Notes: generated from the letters alone by a model not told the origin. A stretch of DNA of 64,000 nt from an uncultured beta proteobacterium (GCA_963789885.1 CAWBNB010000049.1:1304-65303); one strand, 5' to 3'. Positions 30,046 through 40,690 are shown, counted from the first letter of the stretch. Translations and numbers: made by a program.

Positions 30046-30894
30046 GCGGGAAGCGCTCGACCACGGTCGTCATCGAACCCTGGCGGGCGCAGCCGCTCGC
30101 CTGGATCCATCGACGCGAAGCGCGCACGATCGCCGGTGAGCTGCAGCGCGCCGGTCGCGCGGTGACCGAGATCCGGTTCCGGCAGGACGCGGTCGCCGAT
30201 CTTCCGCCGGGACCGCTGCTGCTGCGCCTCTCCGACCCGGTAATGCTTGTTGCCGCGCAGACGCTCGGCCGCGCCGGCATCCCCTATCTCGGTCCGAGCG
30301 CTGCAGTCATGGCACGCTGCTACGACAAATGGGTGGCGCACGGCATCGCAACCACCGCCGGCATCGACTGTCCCGCGACCGCGCTTGCATCAGAAAGCCG
30401 CCGGCCTGTCGTTCCCGATCGTCGTCAAGCCACGGTGGGGATCCGACTCGCTCGGCATGCGGCTCGTCCGGACCCGCCCGATTCCGAAGCGCGCGCGGAG
30501 CGCGGGATTCATCGCACAGGAACAGATCGTCGGTGCGGAACTGACCGTGGCGGTGATCCACGACTGCGTGGGCATGCCGCTGCGGCTCGACCTCCCCGCA
30601 GGGACGCCGTACTCGTTCGCGCGCAAGTACCTGCTGCGGCCGCACCGCACGCCGGTCGCGGACGAGGCGCTCGCAGAGCGCGTGCGTCGCCTTGCGACGG
30701 AGATTGCCGGCGTGTACGCGGTCGACTGGGCGGCGCGGATCGACCTCATCCACGAGACCGCGACCGGGCGCCTGCGCCTGCTCGAATGCGACGTCGCGCC
30801 GCTCGTGGGGCCGGGCTCCGCGTTCGCGGCGAGCCTCGCCGCCGCCGGGGTACCGCGCGCGGAGCAGCTCGAGCTGCTGCTCGGCGCAGCCTGA
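30042..30894 (+). pseudogene. ATP-grasp (D-Ala-D-Ala-ligase-like) protein, interrupted by a +1 frameshift near 30393
   Basis: GTG start overlaps the upstream TGA (GTGA). The N-terminal part (...YDKWVAHGIATTAGIDCPATALAS) is in frame 0. The continuation (KAAGLSFPIVVKPRWGSDSLGM...) is in frame 1 (ORF 30247-30894). Confidence 0.65.
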
Positions 30895-30925
30895 GGCGCC
30901 GAAACGGAGAGACCGCGAGCGCAGG

Positions 30926-31381
30926 TCAGCGTTGCGCTGCGTCCCGCGCCCGCAGCTTCGCCGCAATGTACGCGCGATGCGGGACGTGCAGAAGGTCGGC
31001 GATCTTGCGCACGACATGCTGCTCGTGCGCGCTCAGATCGGCGTCGGCGTAAGCCACTTGCCACATGAGCTCGATCACGCGCTCCTTCTGCGACGCGGAG
31101 AGCCGCTTGTTGATGAGCGAGGTGAACTGGTAGTAGTCGGTCGCCTCGCGCGCCTGCTCCTCGGCGAGCCGGATCAGCGCCGCGGCCTCCGCGTCCGTCA
31201 GCCCGAACTTCGTGCGCACCGCGCGGTGCGCCGCCGCGCGCTCGGCAGCGTCGATCCCGCCGTCGAGGCGGACCGTCTCGACGAGCAGCGCCGCCGTGGC
31301 GAGCTGGAGCGCGTGGCGATCGTCGTCGCCCGCACCGGCGGCGACGTGCTGGTCGAAGAACTCGCGGATGGCGTTCAGCAT
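30926..31381 (-). CDS. TerB family (tellurite-resistance-like) protein
   Basis: MLNAIREFFDQH...LQLATAALLVE...YQFTSLIN...LMWQVAYADADLSAHE. Start at the ATG at 31381. Confidence 0.8.
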   Translation of the reverse strand: MLNAIREFFDQHVAAGAGDDDRHALQLATAALLVETVRLDGGIDAAERAAAHRAVRTKFGLTDAEAAALIRLAEEQAREATDYYQFTSLINKRLSASQKERVIELMWQVAYADADLSAHEQHVVRKIADLLHVPHRAYIAAKLRARDAAQR

Positions 31382-31437
31382 GGCGGCCCCTGGCGTCCGA
31401 CCGCGCGACCGGTACTGGAGTTCCACCGCGCGCCGGC

Positions 31438-32037
31438 TCAGAACCGCCCGATGGCGCCCATCATACCGATCGCGCCCATCCCGAACGTCGCCGCGAGCGC
31501 GGCGCCGATCAGGAACGTGATCACGACGCCGATCGCGACGAGCAGGATGCCGTAGCCGACGGCATCGCGCTCGGGCATCTTCATCAGCTGCGGGGCGCCG
31601 ACCTGCAGCAGGTAGAGCGAATAGAGCCCGCCGAGGAGCGAGATCAGCCAGCCGACCACGGGCAGGATGGTGAAGATGCCGGCGACCCACGAGGCGGTCA
31701 GCGCGTAGGCGGTGAGCTTCAGCGCCTGGTCGAAGTTGCTCCTGCCGCCGAAGCGCGGGGCGAGCAGGTTCGCGACGAGCGCGATCGCGAGCACCATCGC
31801 GAGGCTCAGGACATACCCGGTGAGCGCCGCCTGCAGCGCGACGCGTGCCCCGAGCCGTCCGAAGCCGAGGCTGCCGATCAGCCACGTGCTGATGAGCGTC
31901 GCCGCTGCCGGCAGGATCGCCAGGATCGCGATGTAGCCGAGGTAGAGCGCTTTCGGATCGCTCCGCTCGTGCGCGATCGCGGACCACTCGCTCTGCGGCT
32001 GGAGCAGGATGTTCGTGGCGCGGTTGACGGCGTTCAT
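31438..32037 (-). CDS. Yip1/DUF1282 family membrane protein
   Basis: N-terminal ILLQPQSEWSAI followed by five hydrophobic helices. Confidence 0.8.
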   Translation of the reverse strand: MNAVNRATNILLQPQSEWSAIAHERSDPKALYLGYIAILAILPAAATLISTWLIGSLGFGRLGARVALQAALTGYVLSLAMVLAIALVANLLAPRFGGRSNFDQALKLTAYALTASWVAGIFTILPVVGWLISLLGGLYSLYLLQVGAPQLMKMPERDAVGYGILLVAIGVVITFLIGAALAATFGMGAIGMMGAIGRF

Positions 32038-32254
32038 CGGTCGCCTCCCCTGTCTATGCCATCAGCATACGACCGGGCGGGCCGGGCGCGCAACTCCGGA
32101 CCGCCGGCACCTGACGGCGGACGGCGTCGAGTGCAACGCCGGGAATGCCGCCGAGTGCGGGATCTTCACGGTGGTGAAGATCCGCGGCTTGGCGCGCCCG
32201 GCATTTTTGCGCCATTATGACGGCGTTCTACACCCGTACCGTCGAGGAGGCAGC

Positions 32255-32767
32255 ATGAAACGAGCGCTCACCGTCCTTGCCTTCGTCCCGGCGGCGCTTG
32301 CCGCGCCCGCCTGGGCCGACTGTTACACGGTCTTCCAGCGCAACCTGATCGTGTATCGCGCCGAGATGACGCCGATCGACCTGGAGCCCCCGATCCACAC
32401 GATGCTGCAGAAGCGGTTTCCCGGCGGGCAGCTCGTGATTTCCAGCGATACGAAGACCTGCACTTACATCGATCCGTCGAGCCCGGTCGACCCGGCTACC
32501 GGGGCAGCCGCTTCGCCGCCCGGATCCGAGCGGGCGGGACTCAGCGTCGTTCCGGGGCCGCTCGCGGGCATTTCGACGAACGCCGCGGGCGCGGCGCCCG
32601 CTTCCGCCCCGCAACCTGCCGTGGACGAGGGGTGTCGCCGCGGCGGCACGGTGACTCGACGTGGAGAGCCTTGCCCCGACACCGTCGTGGTGGGCGACCG
32701 GGTGGTCGGCGCGCAGGGAGGTGCTACGGTACCGGAGCGGACCAGACCGATGGTCAGGCCTCGCTAA
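32255..32767 (+). CDS. Secreted hypothetical protein
   Basis: GAGGAGG SD. Signal peptide ...APAWA-DC. A Cys-containing N-terminal domain is followed by a low-complexity Ala/Pro/Gly tail. Confidence 0.5.
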   Translation: MKRALTVLAFVPAALAAPAWADCYTVFQRNLIVYRAEMTPIDLEPPIHTMLQKRFPGGQLVISSDTKTCTYIDPSSPVDPATGAAASPPGSERAGLSVVPGPLAGISTNAAGAAPASAPQPAVDEGCRRGGTVTRRGEPCPDTVVVGDRVVGAQGGATVPERTRPMVRPR

Positions 32768-32814
32768 GGCGCCGCGCCCCGCGCGTCCGGCTCGATCTCA
32801 CCGGGACATCTGCG

Positions 32815-33639
32815 ATGGACACCGCCGCCGGAAGCGCGGCGATCACCGCCGCAATCACCTATGCCGTCGACACCGGCGAGAAGCCGGTCAACGAGACCTT
32901 CGGCCCGGGGAACATCCGGCGCCGCAACGTCGGCGCGAAGGAGCAGCGCCCGATGCCGATCCGCGACGGGCGGCCGCTCGCCGGCACCTTCTCGCTCGAC
33001 CGGAACGGGTTCGCGTTCGTGCCGCACCCGACCGCGGTGGCGGATTTCTTCGACAAGGATCAGCTCGCGTCCGTCTACTACCCGGAGGTCGAGCGCCTGG
33101 TGAAGGCGGTGTCCGGCGCCGCGCGCGTCGTGGTGTTCGACCACACGCTGCGCTCGGGCGACGAGGCCGAGCGCGAGGCGCGGCTCGTGCGTGAACCGGT
33201 GCTGTCCGCCCACAACGACTACACCGAGTGGTCCGGACCGCAGCGCGTGCGCGAGTGCCTCCCCGACGAGGCGGACCGCCTGCTCGCGGGCCGGTTCGCG
33301 ATCATCCAGGTCTGGCGCGCGATCAACCAGCCGATCCGGTCGAACCCGCTCGCAATCGCCGACGCGCGGAGCGTCGCCCCCGGCGATCTGCTCGCCGCCG
33401 AGCGCCGCTATCCGCACCGCGTCGGCGAGACCTACCAGGTCCGCTTCAACCCCGAGCACCGCTGGTTCTACTTCCCCGAGATGCGGCGCGACGAAGCGCT
33501 CGTGTTCAAGGTCTACGACTCGGCAAAGGACGGCCGCGCGCGCTTCACCGCGCACACGTCGTTCGTCGATCCGACCACGCCGCCCGGAGCGCCGCCGCGC
33601 CAGAGCATCGAGGCGCGGACGTTCGCGTTCTTCGCCTAG
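32815..33639 (+). CDS. CmcJ/NvfI family oxidoreductase-like protein
   Basis: Pattern FSLDRNGFAFVPHPTAV.DFFD...YYPEVERLVK...VVVFDHTLR is recalled from this family. Start at the ATG at 32815. Confidence 0.65.
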   Translation: MDTAAGSAAITAAITYAVDTGEKPVNETFGPGNIRRRNVGAKEQRPMPIRDGRPLAGTFSLDRNGFAFVPHPTAVADFFDKDQLASVYYPEVERLVKAVSGAARVVVFDHTLRSGDEAEREARLVREPVLSAHNDYTEWSGPQRVRECLPDEADRLLAGRFAIIQVWRAINQPIRSNPLAIADARSVAPGDLLAAERRYPHRVGETYQVRFNPEHRWFYFPEMRRDEALVFKVYDSAKDGRARFTAHTSFVDPTTPPGAPPRQSIEARTFAFFA

Positions 33640-33681
33640 TACCGGTCAGGCCTCGTCGGCCGAGAGCCGGCGCTTCCCGCG

Positions 33682-34362
33682 TCACCAGGCCACGGGGCGC
33701 CGGTGCCGGAAAAACCCGCCCGTCGGACCTGACGCCGGCAGCGTCGCGAGCCAGACGATCGTGTCCGCACCCTCCTCGACCGAGCTGGTCGCGGATTTCC
33801 CGCCCATCCGTGTGCGTACCCAGCCGGGGCACCCGGCGTTGACCTTGACGTCGCCGCGCACCTCGCCGGCGAGCTTGAGCGTCAGCGCGTTGAGCGCGGC
33901 CTTGGAGATCGAGTACGCGGTATCGGGCCCCAGGCCGCTGCTGAAGGCGCCGTAGCCCGACGAGACGTTGACGACGCGCCCATATCCGCGCGCGACCATC
34001 CCGGGCACCAGCGCCCTGCACAGCGCGAGCGGCCCGAACAGGTGAACTTCCATCGATTCGCGCACCGCCGACATCGCGACCGTGAAGCTGTCGCCGGTGC
34101 TGTAGATGCCGGCGTTGTTCACGAGCACGTCGATCGCGATACGCTCGCGCGCGAGCGACGCCACCGCGGCGTCGATCGACACCGGATCGGCTACGTCCAG
34201 CTCGATGGCGGTCGCCTGCGCGTCCGTGATCGAACGCGCCGCCGCCTGACCGTCCGGCACCGACCGCGACCCGATGACGACGCGCAGGCCCGCGGCGGCG
34301 AGCCCCTTCGCGACGGCGAGGCCGATGCCGCGGTTCCCGCCGGTGATCAGCGCGGTTCGCAC
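33682..34362 (-). CDS. SDR family oxidoreductase
   Basis: TGGNRGIG cofactor motif, NNAG, and the YSISKAAL catalytic Y-x3-K. Confidence 0.9.
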   Translation of the reverse strand: MRTALITGGNRGIGLAVAKGLAAAGLRVVIGSRSVPDGQAAARSITDAQATAIELDVADPVSIDAAVASLARERIAIDVLVNNAGIYSTGDSFTVAMSAVRESMEVHLFGPLALCRALVPGMVARGYGRVVNVSSGYGAFSSGLGPDTAYSISKAALNALTLKLAGEVRGDVKVNAGCPGWVRTRMGGKSATSSVEEGADTIVWLATLPASGPTGGFFRHRRPVAW

Positions 34363-34437
34363 GGCTGCGCGGCTACTTGGGGGGCTTGAACGCGTGTGTC
34401 CACTGGTTGCGGAGCAAGGTGATTGCCATCGTGCAGT

Positions 34438-35440
34438 TCAGGCATCGTACGCCGACACCCGGCGCTGGACCGGGAAGAGATGCAGGTCGAAGCGCTCGCG
34501 CGACGTAGCCCCACAGCCCGCGCGGGAAGCGCACCATCACCACCACCGCGACGAGCCCGAGCACGATCAGGTACCAGGTCCCGAAATCGGCGAGCGTCTC
34601 GCGCAGCACGAAGAAGAGCAGCGTGCCGATGATCGGGCCCTCGATCGTGCCGATCCCGCCGATCACGACGATGAAGATCACGAACGCGGTCCAGCTCACG
34701 CCGAACGCCGCGTCGGGCGAGATGCGCAGGTTCACCAGGAAGTAGAGCGCGCCGACGACGCCGCAGCCGAACGCCGCGATCACGTACACCCAGAACTTGG
34801 TCGCGGCGATGTCCACGCCCTGGCTCGCCGCCGCGCGCTCGCTGTCGCGGATCGCGGTGAGTGCGAGGCCGTGCCGCGAACGGAGCAGCCAGTAGAGCGC
34901 CGCGACCGCGCCGACGAGCCACCGCGAGCGCGATCCAGAACGTCACCGACTCGCGCATGGCTCTTCGGGAACTCGCGGATGGAGATCAGGCTGGTGCCGG
35001 TGCCGCCGCCGACCGCGGCCGTGTTCGAGGCGACGAGGCGGAGCGACTCTGCCACCACCCAGGTGCCGATCGCGAAGTAGCCGCCCTGCAGCCGGAACAC
35101 GATCCTCGAGGTCGGCACCGCGACCAGCGCCGCGACCACGCCCGCGAGCGGAACGCAGAGGAACGGGTTGAGGCCGCCGAGATCGGCGGCGACGACGAGC
35201 GCGTAGCCGCCGACGCCGAGATAGCCCTGCTGCCCCACCGAGACGAGGCCGCCGTAGCCGGCGAGCAGGTTCCACATCTGCGCCAGCGCGAGCAGGCAGG
35301 CGAACTCGACGAAGAGCCGCAGCGTGCTCGGGTCGGCCCACGCGGGGAGCGACGCGAGCACCAGCACGCGCGACGACCGCCGCGACCCCGGCGACCCGGC
35401 TGGCGCGCGTGGCGCGATGGACGACGGCGGCCGGCTCGTC
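34438..35440 (-). pseudogene. livM: LivM-type branched-chain amino acid ABC permease, at least 3 frameshifts (5' end uncertain)
   Basis: Conserved segments are split over ORFs 34780-36240 (LAQMWNLLAGYGGLVSVGQQ...), 34347-34958 (MRESVTFWIALAV) and 34373-34816 (DIAATKFWVYVIAAFG...GGIGTIEGP). The family-typical end RFDLHLFPVQRRVSAYDA* appears only after a further shift near 34500. Confidence 0.7.
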
Positions 35441-35446
35441 CGCTCG

Positions 35447-36322
35447 CTAGTCCCGCGTCCGCGGGAAGAGACCCTGCGGCCGCACGAGCAGCACGGCGAG
35501 GAAGACGAGATGCCCGACGAGGATGCCCCAGCCGGGATCGAGGCGGAAGCCGATGCCCTGCGCGACGCCGAGCACCAGCGCGCCCGCGAACGTGCCCCAG
35601 AACGAGCCCGAGGCCGCCGATGATGACCGCCTCGAACGCGTAGAGGAGATATCCCGGGCCGTCGCTCGGCGAGACCGTGGTGCGTAGCGCGAGGAAGACG
35701 CCCGCGACGGTGACCACCGCGAACGCGATCGCGGTGGCGAGCGCGTACACGTGGCGGTGGTCGATGCCCTGCAGCTCGGCCGCCTGCGGATCGTCGGAGG
35801 TGGCGCGGAACGCGCGGCCGAGCGTGCGTATGTCCGAAGAGCCACTCGAGCGCGACGGTCAGGCCGAGCGCCACGAGCAGCGTGATCAGCGGGAGCCAGC
35901 CGATCGCGAGGTCGCCGGCGATGCGCATGCTCTGCGTCTCGAGGCCGCCGGCGCTCAGGCCGCGCGAGTCGGCGGAGAACACTTCGAGCAGCACGTTCTG
36001 GATGATGATCGAGAGCCCGAACGTCACCAGCAGCGGCGGCAGGATGTCCTTGCCGAGCGTGCGGTTCAGGACGCCGCGCTGGAGGCCGTAGCCGACCGCG
36101 ACCATCACCGGCAGCGACCATGGCGAGGAGCGAGCGCCGGACCGGCCGGGACCGCCGAGCGCGATGCCGATGGCGAGGAACGCCGCGAGCACGATGAGGT
36201 CGCCGTGCGCGATGTTCACCAGGCGCATCACGCCGAACATGAGCGACAGCCCGATCGCGAACAGCGCGTAGAGGCCGCCGAGCAGCAGCGCCCTGCAGGA
36301 CGGTGTCGATCCAGCCGATCAT
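35447..36322 (-). pseudogene. livH: LivH-type ABC permease, at least 3 frameshifts
   Basis: MIGWIDTVLQG (ORF 35447-36322 frame), then LLLGGLYALFAIGLSLMFGVMRLVNIAHGD (ORF 34780-36240 frame), then YALATAIAFAVV...IIGGLG (ORF 34986-35750 frame), then FWGTFAGALVLGVAQ...* (back in the first frame). Confidence 0.75.
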
Positions 36323-37031
36323 GCCGCCACGCCCGACCCGAAGTACGCAGCGGAGATCGCGGCGCGCGCGAGCTCGCTCGAGCGCCCCTGCAGCGACACG
36401 CGGCCCTCCTGGAAGCAGTACAGGCGGTCGGTCGTGCGCTGCGCGAGCCCACGTCCTGCTCGACGACGATGACGGTCAGCCCCTCGCGCATCATCGCCGG
36501 GAGCGCGCCGTAGAGGCGCGGTCACGACCAGGGGCGAGAGCCCGAGCGAGATCTCGTCGCAGATCAGGAGGCGCGGGTTGGCGATCAGCGCGCGGCCGAT
36601 GGCGACCATCTGCTGCTGGCCGCCCGAGAGCGCGTTGCCGGGGAGCGCGCGCACCTCGCGGAGCGCGGGGAACAGCTCGTAGACGCGCGCGAGGCTCCAC
36701 GGTCCCTTGCGCTCGTGTAACCGCCGATCGAGCAGGTTCTCCTCCACGGTGAGGCTCGGGAAGAGCCGCCGGCCCTCCGGGACCATGGCGATGCCGCGCC
36801 GGACGATGCGGTGGCGGGCATGCCCGCCGATCGCTCGCCGTCGAGCACGATCCGGTCGGGCGGCGCGGCGAGCAGCCCGGTGACCGTCTTGAGGAACGTC
36901 GACTTGCCGGCGCCGTTGGCGCCGATGATCGCGACCACTTCGCCGGCGCGGATCTCGAAGTCGATGCCGAACAGCGCCTGGAAGTCGCCGTAGAACGCGG
37001 TGAGCCCCCGGGTGGCGAGCAGCGCGCTCAC
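36319..37031 (-). pseudogene. livF: LivF-type ABC ATPase, about 5 frameshifts
   Basis: Walker [10 protein letters not shown] lies in the ORF 36585-37478 frame. Signature LSGGQQQMVAIGRAL lies in the ORF 36319-36786 frame. MMREGLTVIVVEQD lies in the ORF 36228-36494 frame. The GTG start overlaps the upstream stop (GTGA). Confidence 0.75.
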
Positions 37032-37760
37032 GCCTCGATTCCCAGGTAGACGCGCCGGACCTCCGGGTCGGCCATCACCGCGCGCGGGCGCGCCCTCGGC
37101 GAGCTTCGCGCCGAAGTTGATCACGACGATCCGGTCGGCGACCGCGACGAGGGCGTGCATGACGTGCTCGATCCAGATCATCGTCGACGCCCGCGCGCCT
37201 TGATCTCGCGGATCAGCGCGACCAGCTCGCGCGACTCGTGCTCGGTCAGGCCGCCGGCGATCTCGTCGAGCAGGAGGAGCTCGCGGCCGCGTGGCGAGCG
37301 CGCGCGCGAGCTCGAGGCGCTTGCGGTCGAGAAGGGTGAGCGAGCCGGCGAGCGCGGTTCGCGTGGCCGCCGGAGCCCGGTGCGCTCGAGCACCTCGACG
37401 CACGCGCCGCTCGCCGCGTCCTCGCGGCAGCGCCGCGCCGAACGTGGCCGCGACGAGCAGGTTCTCGAACACCGTCATGCCGCCGAACGGCTGCGGGATC
37501 TGGTAGGAGCGCCCGATGCCCCGGCGGCAGCGCTCGTGGGGCGCGAGCCGCGGTGATGTCCTCGCCGCGGAAGCGGATCGACCCGGCGTCGGCGCGCAGG
37601 TCGCCGCCCGATCGAGGTTGAACAGCGTGGTCTTGCCGGCGCCGTTCGGGCCGATGACGCCCAGCGACCTCGCCGGCCTCGACCGACAGCGTCAGATCGT
37701 CGACGACCCGCACGGCGCCGAACGACTTCCGACGCCCGCGAGTGCGAGGACCTCGGTCAT
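37028..37760 (-). pseudogene. livG: LivG-type ABC ATPase, about 9 frameshifts
   Basis: MTEVLALAGVG, SFGAVRVVDDLTLSVEAGEVAG, VIGPNGAGKTTLFN (hand translation), GIGRSYQIPQPFGGMTVFENL, VLERTGL, SLTLLDRKRLELARALA, LLLLDEIAGGLTEHE and TMIWIEHVMHAL alternate between all three frames. Confidence 0.75.
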
Positions 37761-37819
37761 CGGACGACGCGGCGCCGCGTAGCGCGCCTCCGGCGCCGTG
37801 CTCCCGCGCGAGGACAGGG

Positions 37820-39107
37820 TCAGCCGATCAGCTTCAGCTTGCCCGCGACCGGGATCGTTCGGCGCGGTCCGGTTGTCGACGACGACCAGCTCGTACTTGT
37901 ACTTCTTGCCCGGCACCCACTGGCCGCCCGACGAGCGGCGTCCGCGTCACGTTCTTCACCGGCCCCTTGCCCCACGCGACGTGGCCGACGATCGTGTCGA
38001 GGTCGGTGGCGACGAGCGCGTCGCGGATCGGCGGCCTTGTCGCCCGCGTCCTTGGCGCGCTTGAGCGTGTCGATCGCGACCTCGAACAGCGCGTGCACGA
38101 AGCCGATCGGCTGCGTCCACTGCTTCTTCGTCGCCGCCTCGTACGCGTCGGCGAGCTGCGTCGCCGACTGGCCGGTGAGCGAGGACTTGAACGGGACGGT
38201 CGGCGTCCACCACACCTCGGTCGACATCCCGTCGCCGAGCTCGCCGAGCGCCTCGACCGCGGCCGGGAAGAGCAGCGCCTTGCCGACCGTGACCACCTTC
38301 GGCCGGAAGCCCTGCTGGCGCGCCTGCGTCAGGAACGTCTTCATGTCCGGCGGGATCACGACGCCGGTGACGATCTCGACGTTCTCCTTCTTGAACGCCG
38401 CGATCTGCGCGCTGAAGTCCTGGGTGAGGTTCTGGAAGCGGCCGGGATCGACGAGCTTGAAGCCGTCCTTCGCGAGCGCGGGCGGCAGGCCGAGCTTCGG
38501 ATCGCCCCACGCGTTGCCGTCGCCGTCGTTCGGGAAGAGCCCGCCCACGACCTTGTTGGTCGGCACCGAGCCCCACAGGTTGAGGAACACCGCGATGATG
38601 TCCTCGAGACCCCAGAAGAAGTGATAGGTCCAGTTGAAGCCCTTCGCCGGGTCGCCCTTGCGCCCGAAGAACCACGGCTGCCACGGGCAGAGGCTCGACA
38701 CGCACGGCACCTCGTTCAGCTCGCACTGGTCGGACACCGGGTTCGCGGTCTCCGGCGTGTTGCCGACCGCCATGATGTCGATCTTCTCCTTGAGGATCAG
38801 ATCGGCGGCCACCTCGCCGGCGCGGTTCGGGTTCGACTGGCTGTCGCGGACCACGACCTGCACCGGGTACTTCTTGCCGCCGATCGTGATGCCGTTCTTG
38901 AGGAGGGCCTGGACGCCGCCGATCACGAACTTGTCCGCCTCGCCGAACGGCGCGAGCGGGCCGGTCTGCGGCGACACGTAGCCGATCTTGAGCGGGCGGG
39001 CGCCTGGCCGAACGCGGGAAGCCGAGGCTGGCGGCGGCGCCCGCCGTGGCGAGCGCGGCACCGCGCTTGAGGGCACTGCGGCGGCCCGGGTCGACGTTGC
39101 GTTTCAT
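37820..39107 (-). pseudogene. Liv-type ABC substrate-binding protein, at least 4 frameshifts
   Basis: The Tat-like signal MKRNVDPGRRSALKRGAALATAGAA lies in the ORF 37956-39107 frame. The body (PLKIGYVSPQTGPL...TLKRAKDAGDKAA) lies in the ORF 37820-39076 frame. PGKKYKYELVVVDNRTAPN lies in the ORF 37692-37916 frame. The last codons IPVAGKLKLIG* return to the body frame. Confidence 0.75.
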
Positions 39108-39120
39108 GGTTCTCCCTTGT

Positions 39121-40690
39121 CTATTTGCGGAACAGGTTGATCTTGTCGGTGTTGACCAGGTCGGGCGCCGTCCAGCCGTTGAGGTCGTACTCGTTCAGGC
39201 ACTTGTCGGCGAACGCCTTGAAGCGGTCGTACGCGCCGGAGGCGATCGCGCCGAAGAGCGCGTAGCGCCGGATCTCCTCGTGGCTGCCGCTGTAGTTGAT
39301 CTCGTACAGTTCGTGGCGCCCGCCGAACTCGGTCCCGACCGCGTCCCAGAGCGCCTTCATCACCTTCACCCGGCCCACCGCGTCGACGCCGCCGGAGCCG
39401 CGCAGGTAGCGGTCGAGGTACGGGCGCAGCTCCGGATTCTTGAAGTCGTTCGCGTGCGAGTTGAGGAAGATGAGCCCGCTCGCCACCGTCTTCTCGATCA
39501 GGTTCTTCACCGCGACGTACGCCTCGGGGGCGAGCACCTGGTAGGCGGAGGCCGCCTCCATGCTGGGAAGGATGCACCCGCTCTCCCACGGGTCGGCCGA
39601 GTGCGCCATCGCCTCGGTGCACGCCCACAGCATGTTGCGCCAGGCGAGCGCCTCGCCGATGTTCGCCTCGACGCCGCGGAACTGCCGCGCGCCGGTGATC
39701 TCGGTCGCCTTGATCATCAGGCCGACGATGAAGTCGAGCTTCACTGCGAGCCGCGTGCAGCCCTGGAACATCGCGCGCGGCAGGAAGCCGGTGCGCGGGA
39801 AGAAGTTGTTCGCCTTCTCGACGTCGGCGTAGACGAACACGTCTTCCCACGGCACGAACGCGTTGTCGAGCACGAAGACCGCGTCGTTCTCGTCCAGCCG
39901 GCTCGACAGCGGGTAGTCGAACGGGCTGCCCATCGCCGCGGCGCGGTACTCGTTCGAGACCCGGCAGATGAGCTTCACCCCCTTGGCGTTCGTCGGGATC
40001 ATGAACACCATCGAGAAGTTCTTGTCCTGCACCGGGATCAGGCCGTGGTGCGCGACGAACGTGTAGTGCGTGAGCGCGGACCCCGTCGCGACGACCTTGG
40101 CGCCGCTCACGTAGATGCCCGCGTCGGTCTCCTTGGTGACGTGGCAGTACACGTCGGTCGCGCCGCCCGGCGCGCCGGGCGCGATTTGCGGTCGACCGGC
40201 GGGTGGATGATCGCGTGGTTCACGAACGGCACGCGCTCCTGGCTCGCGCGGTACCACTTGCGCGCGTTCGCCTGGTACGGCGCGTAGAACTCCGCATTCG
40301 CGCCGAGGGTGCCGAGGAACGCCGCCTTGTAGTCGGGCGAGCGGCCGAGCCAGCCGTAGGTGACGCGCGCCCACTCGGCGATCGCGTTGCGCGAGGCGAC
40401 CTGCTCCTCGACCGTGCGCGGCGCGATGAAGTAGCGATGCGTGAACCCGCCCCACTCGGTCGGGCAGGTGAGAACGTTCTTCCGGACTTGTGGTCTTCGT
40501 GCAGCGCGTCGTAGAGCCGCGCGATCATCCGCGCGGTGTTCTGGAACGCGGGATGCTGGGTGATCTTCTTCACCCGCTCGCCGTAGATCCAGATCTCCCG
40601 CCCGTCGTCGAGGCTCTCGAGGAACTCCTGGCCGGTGTACGGGAGCGTGACCGTGCCGCTCGCGGATTTCGGCTTCGCTTCGGTCGCCAT
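39121..40690 (-). pseudogene. 4-hydroxyphenylacetate 3-monooxygenase oxygenase-component (HpaB) family protein, 2 frameshifts
   Basis: The N-terminal 67 aa lie in ORF 40220-40690 (...[34 protein letters not shown]). The middle part ([22 protein letters not shown]...[11 protein letters not shown]) reads only in the third frame. The C-terminal ~350 aa lie in ORF 39121-40455. GAGGAGG SD precedes the ATG at 40690. Confidence 0.75.
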
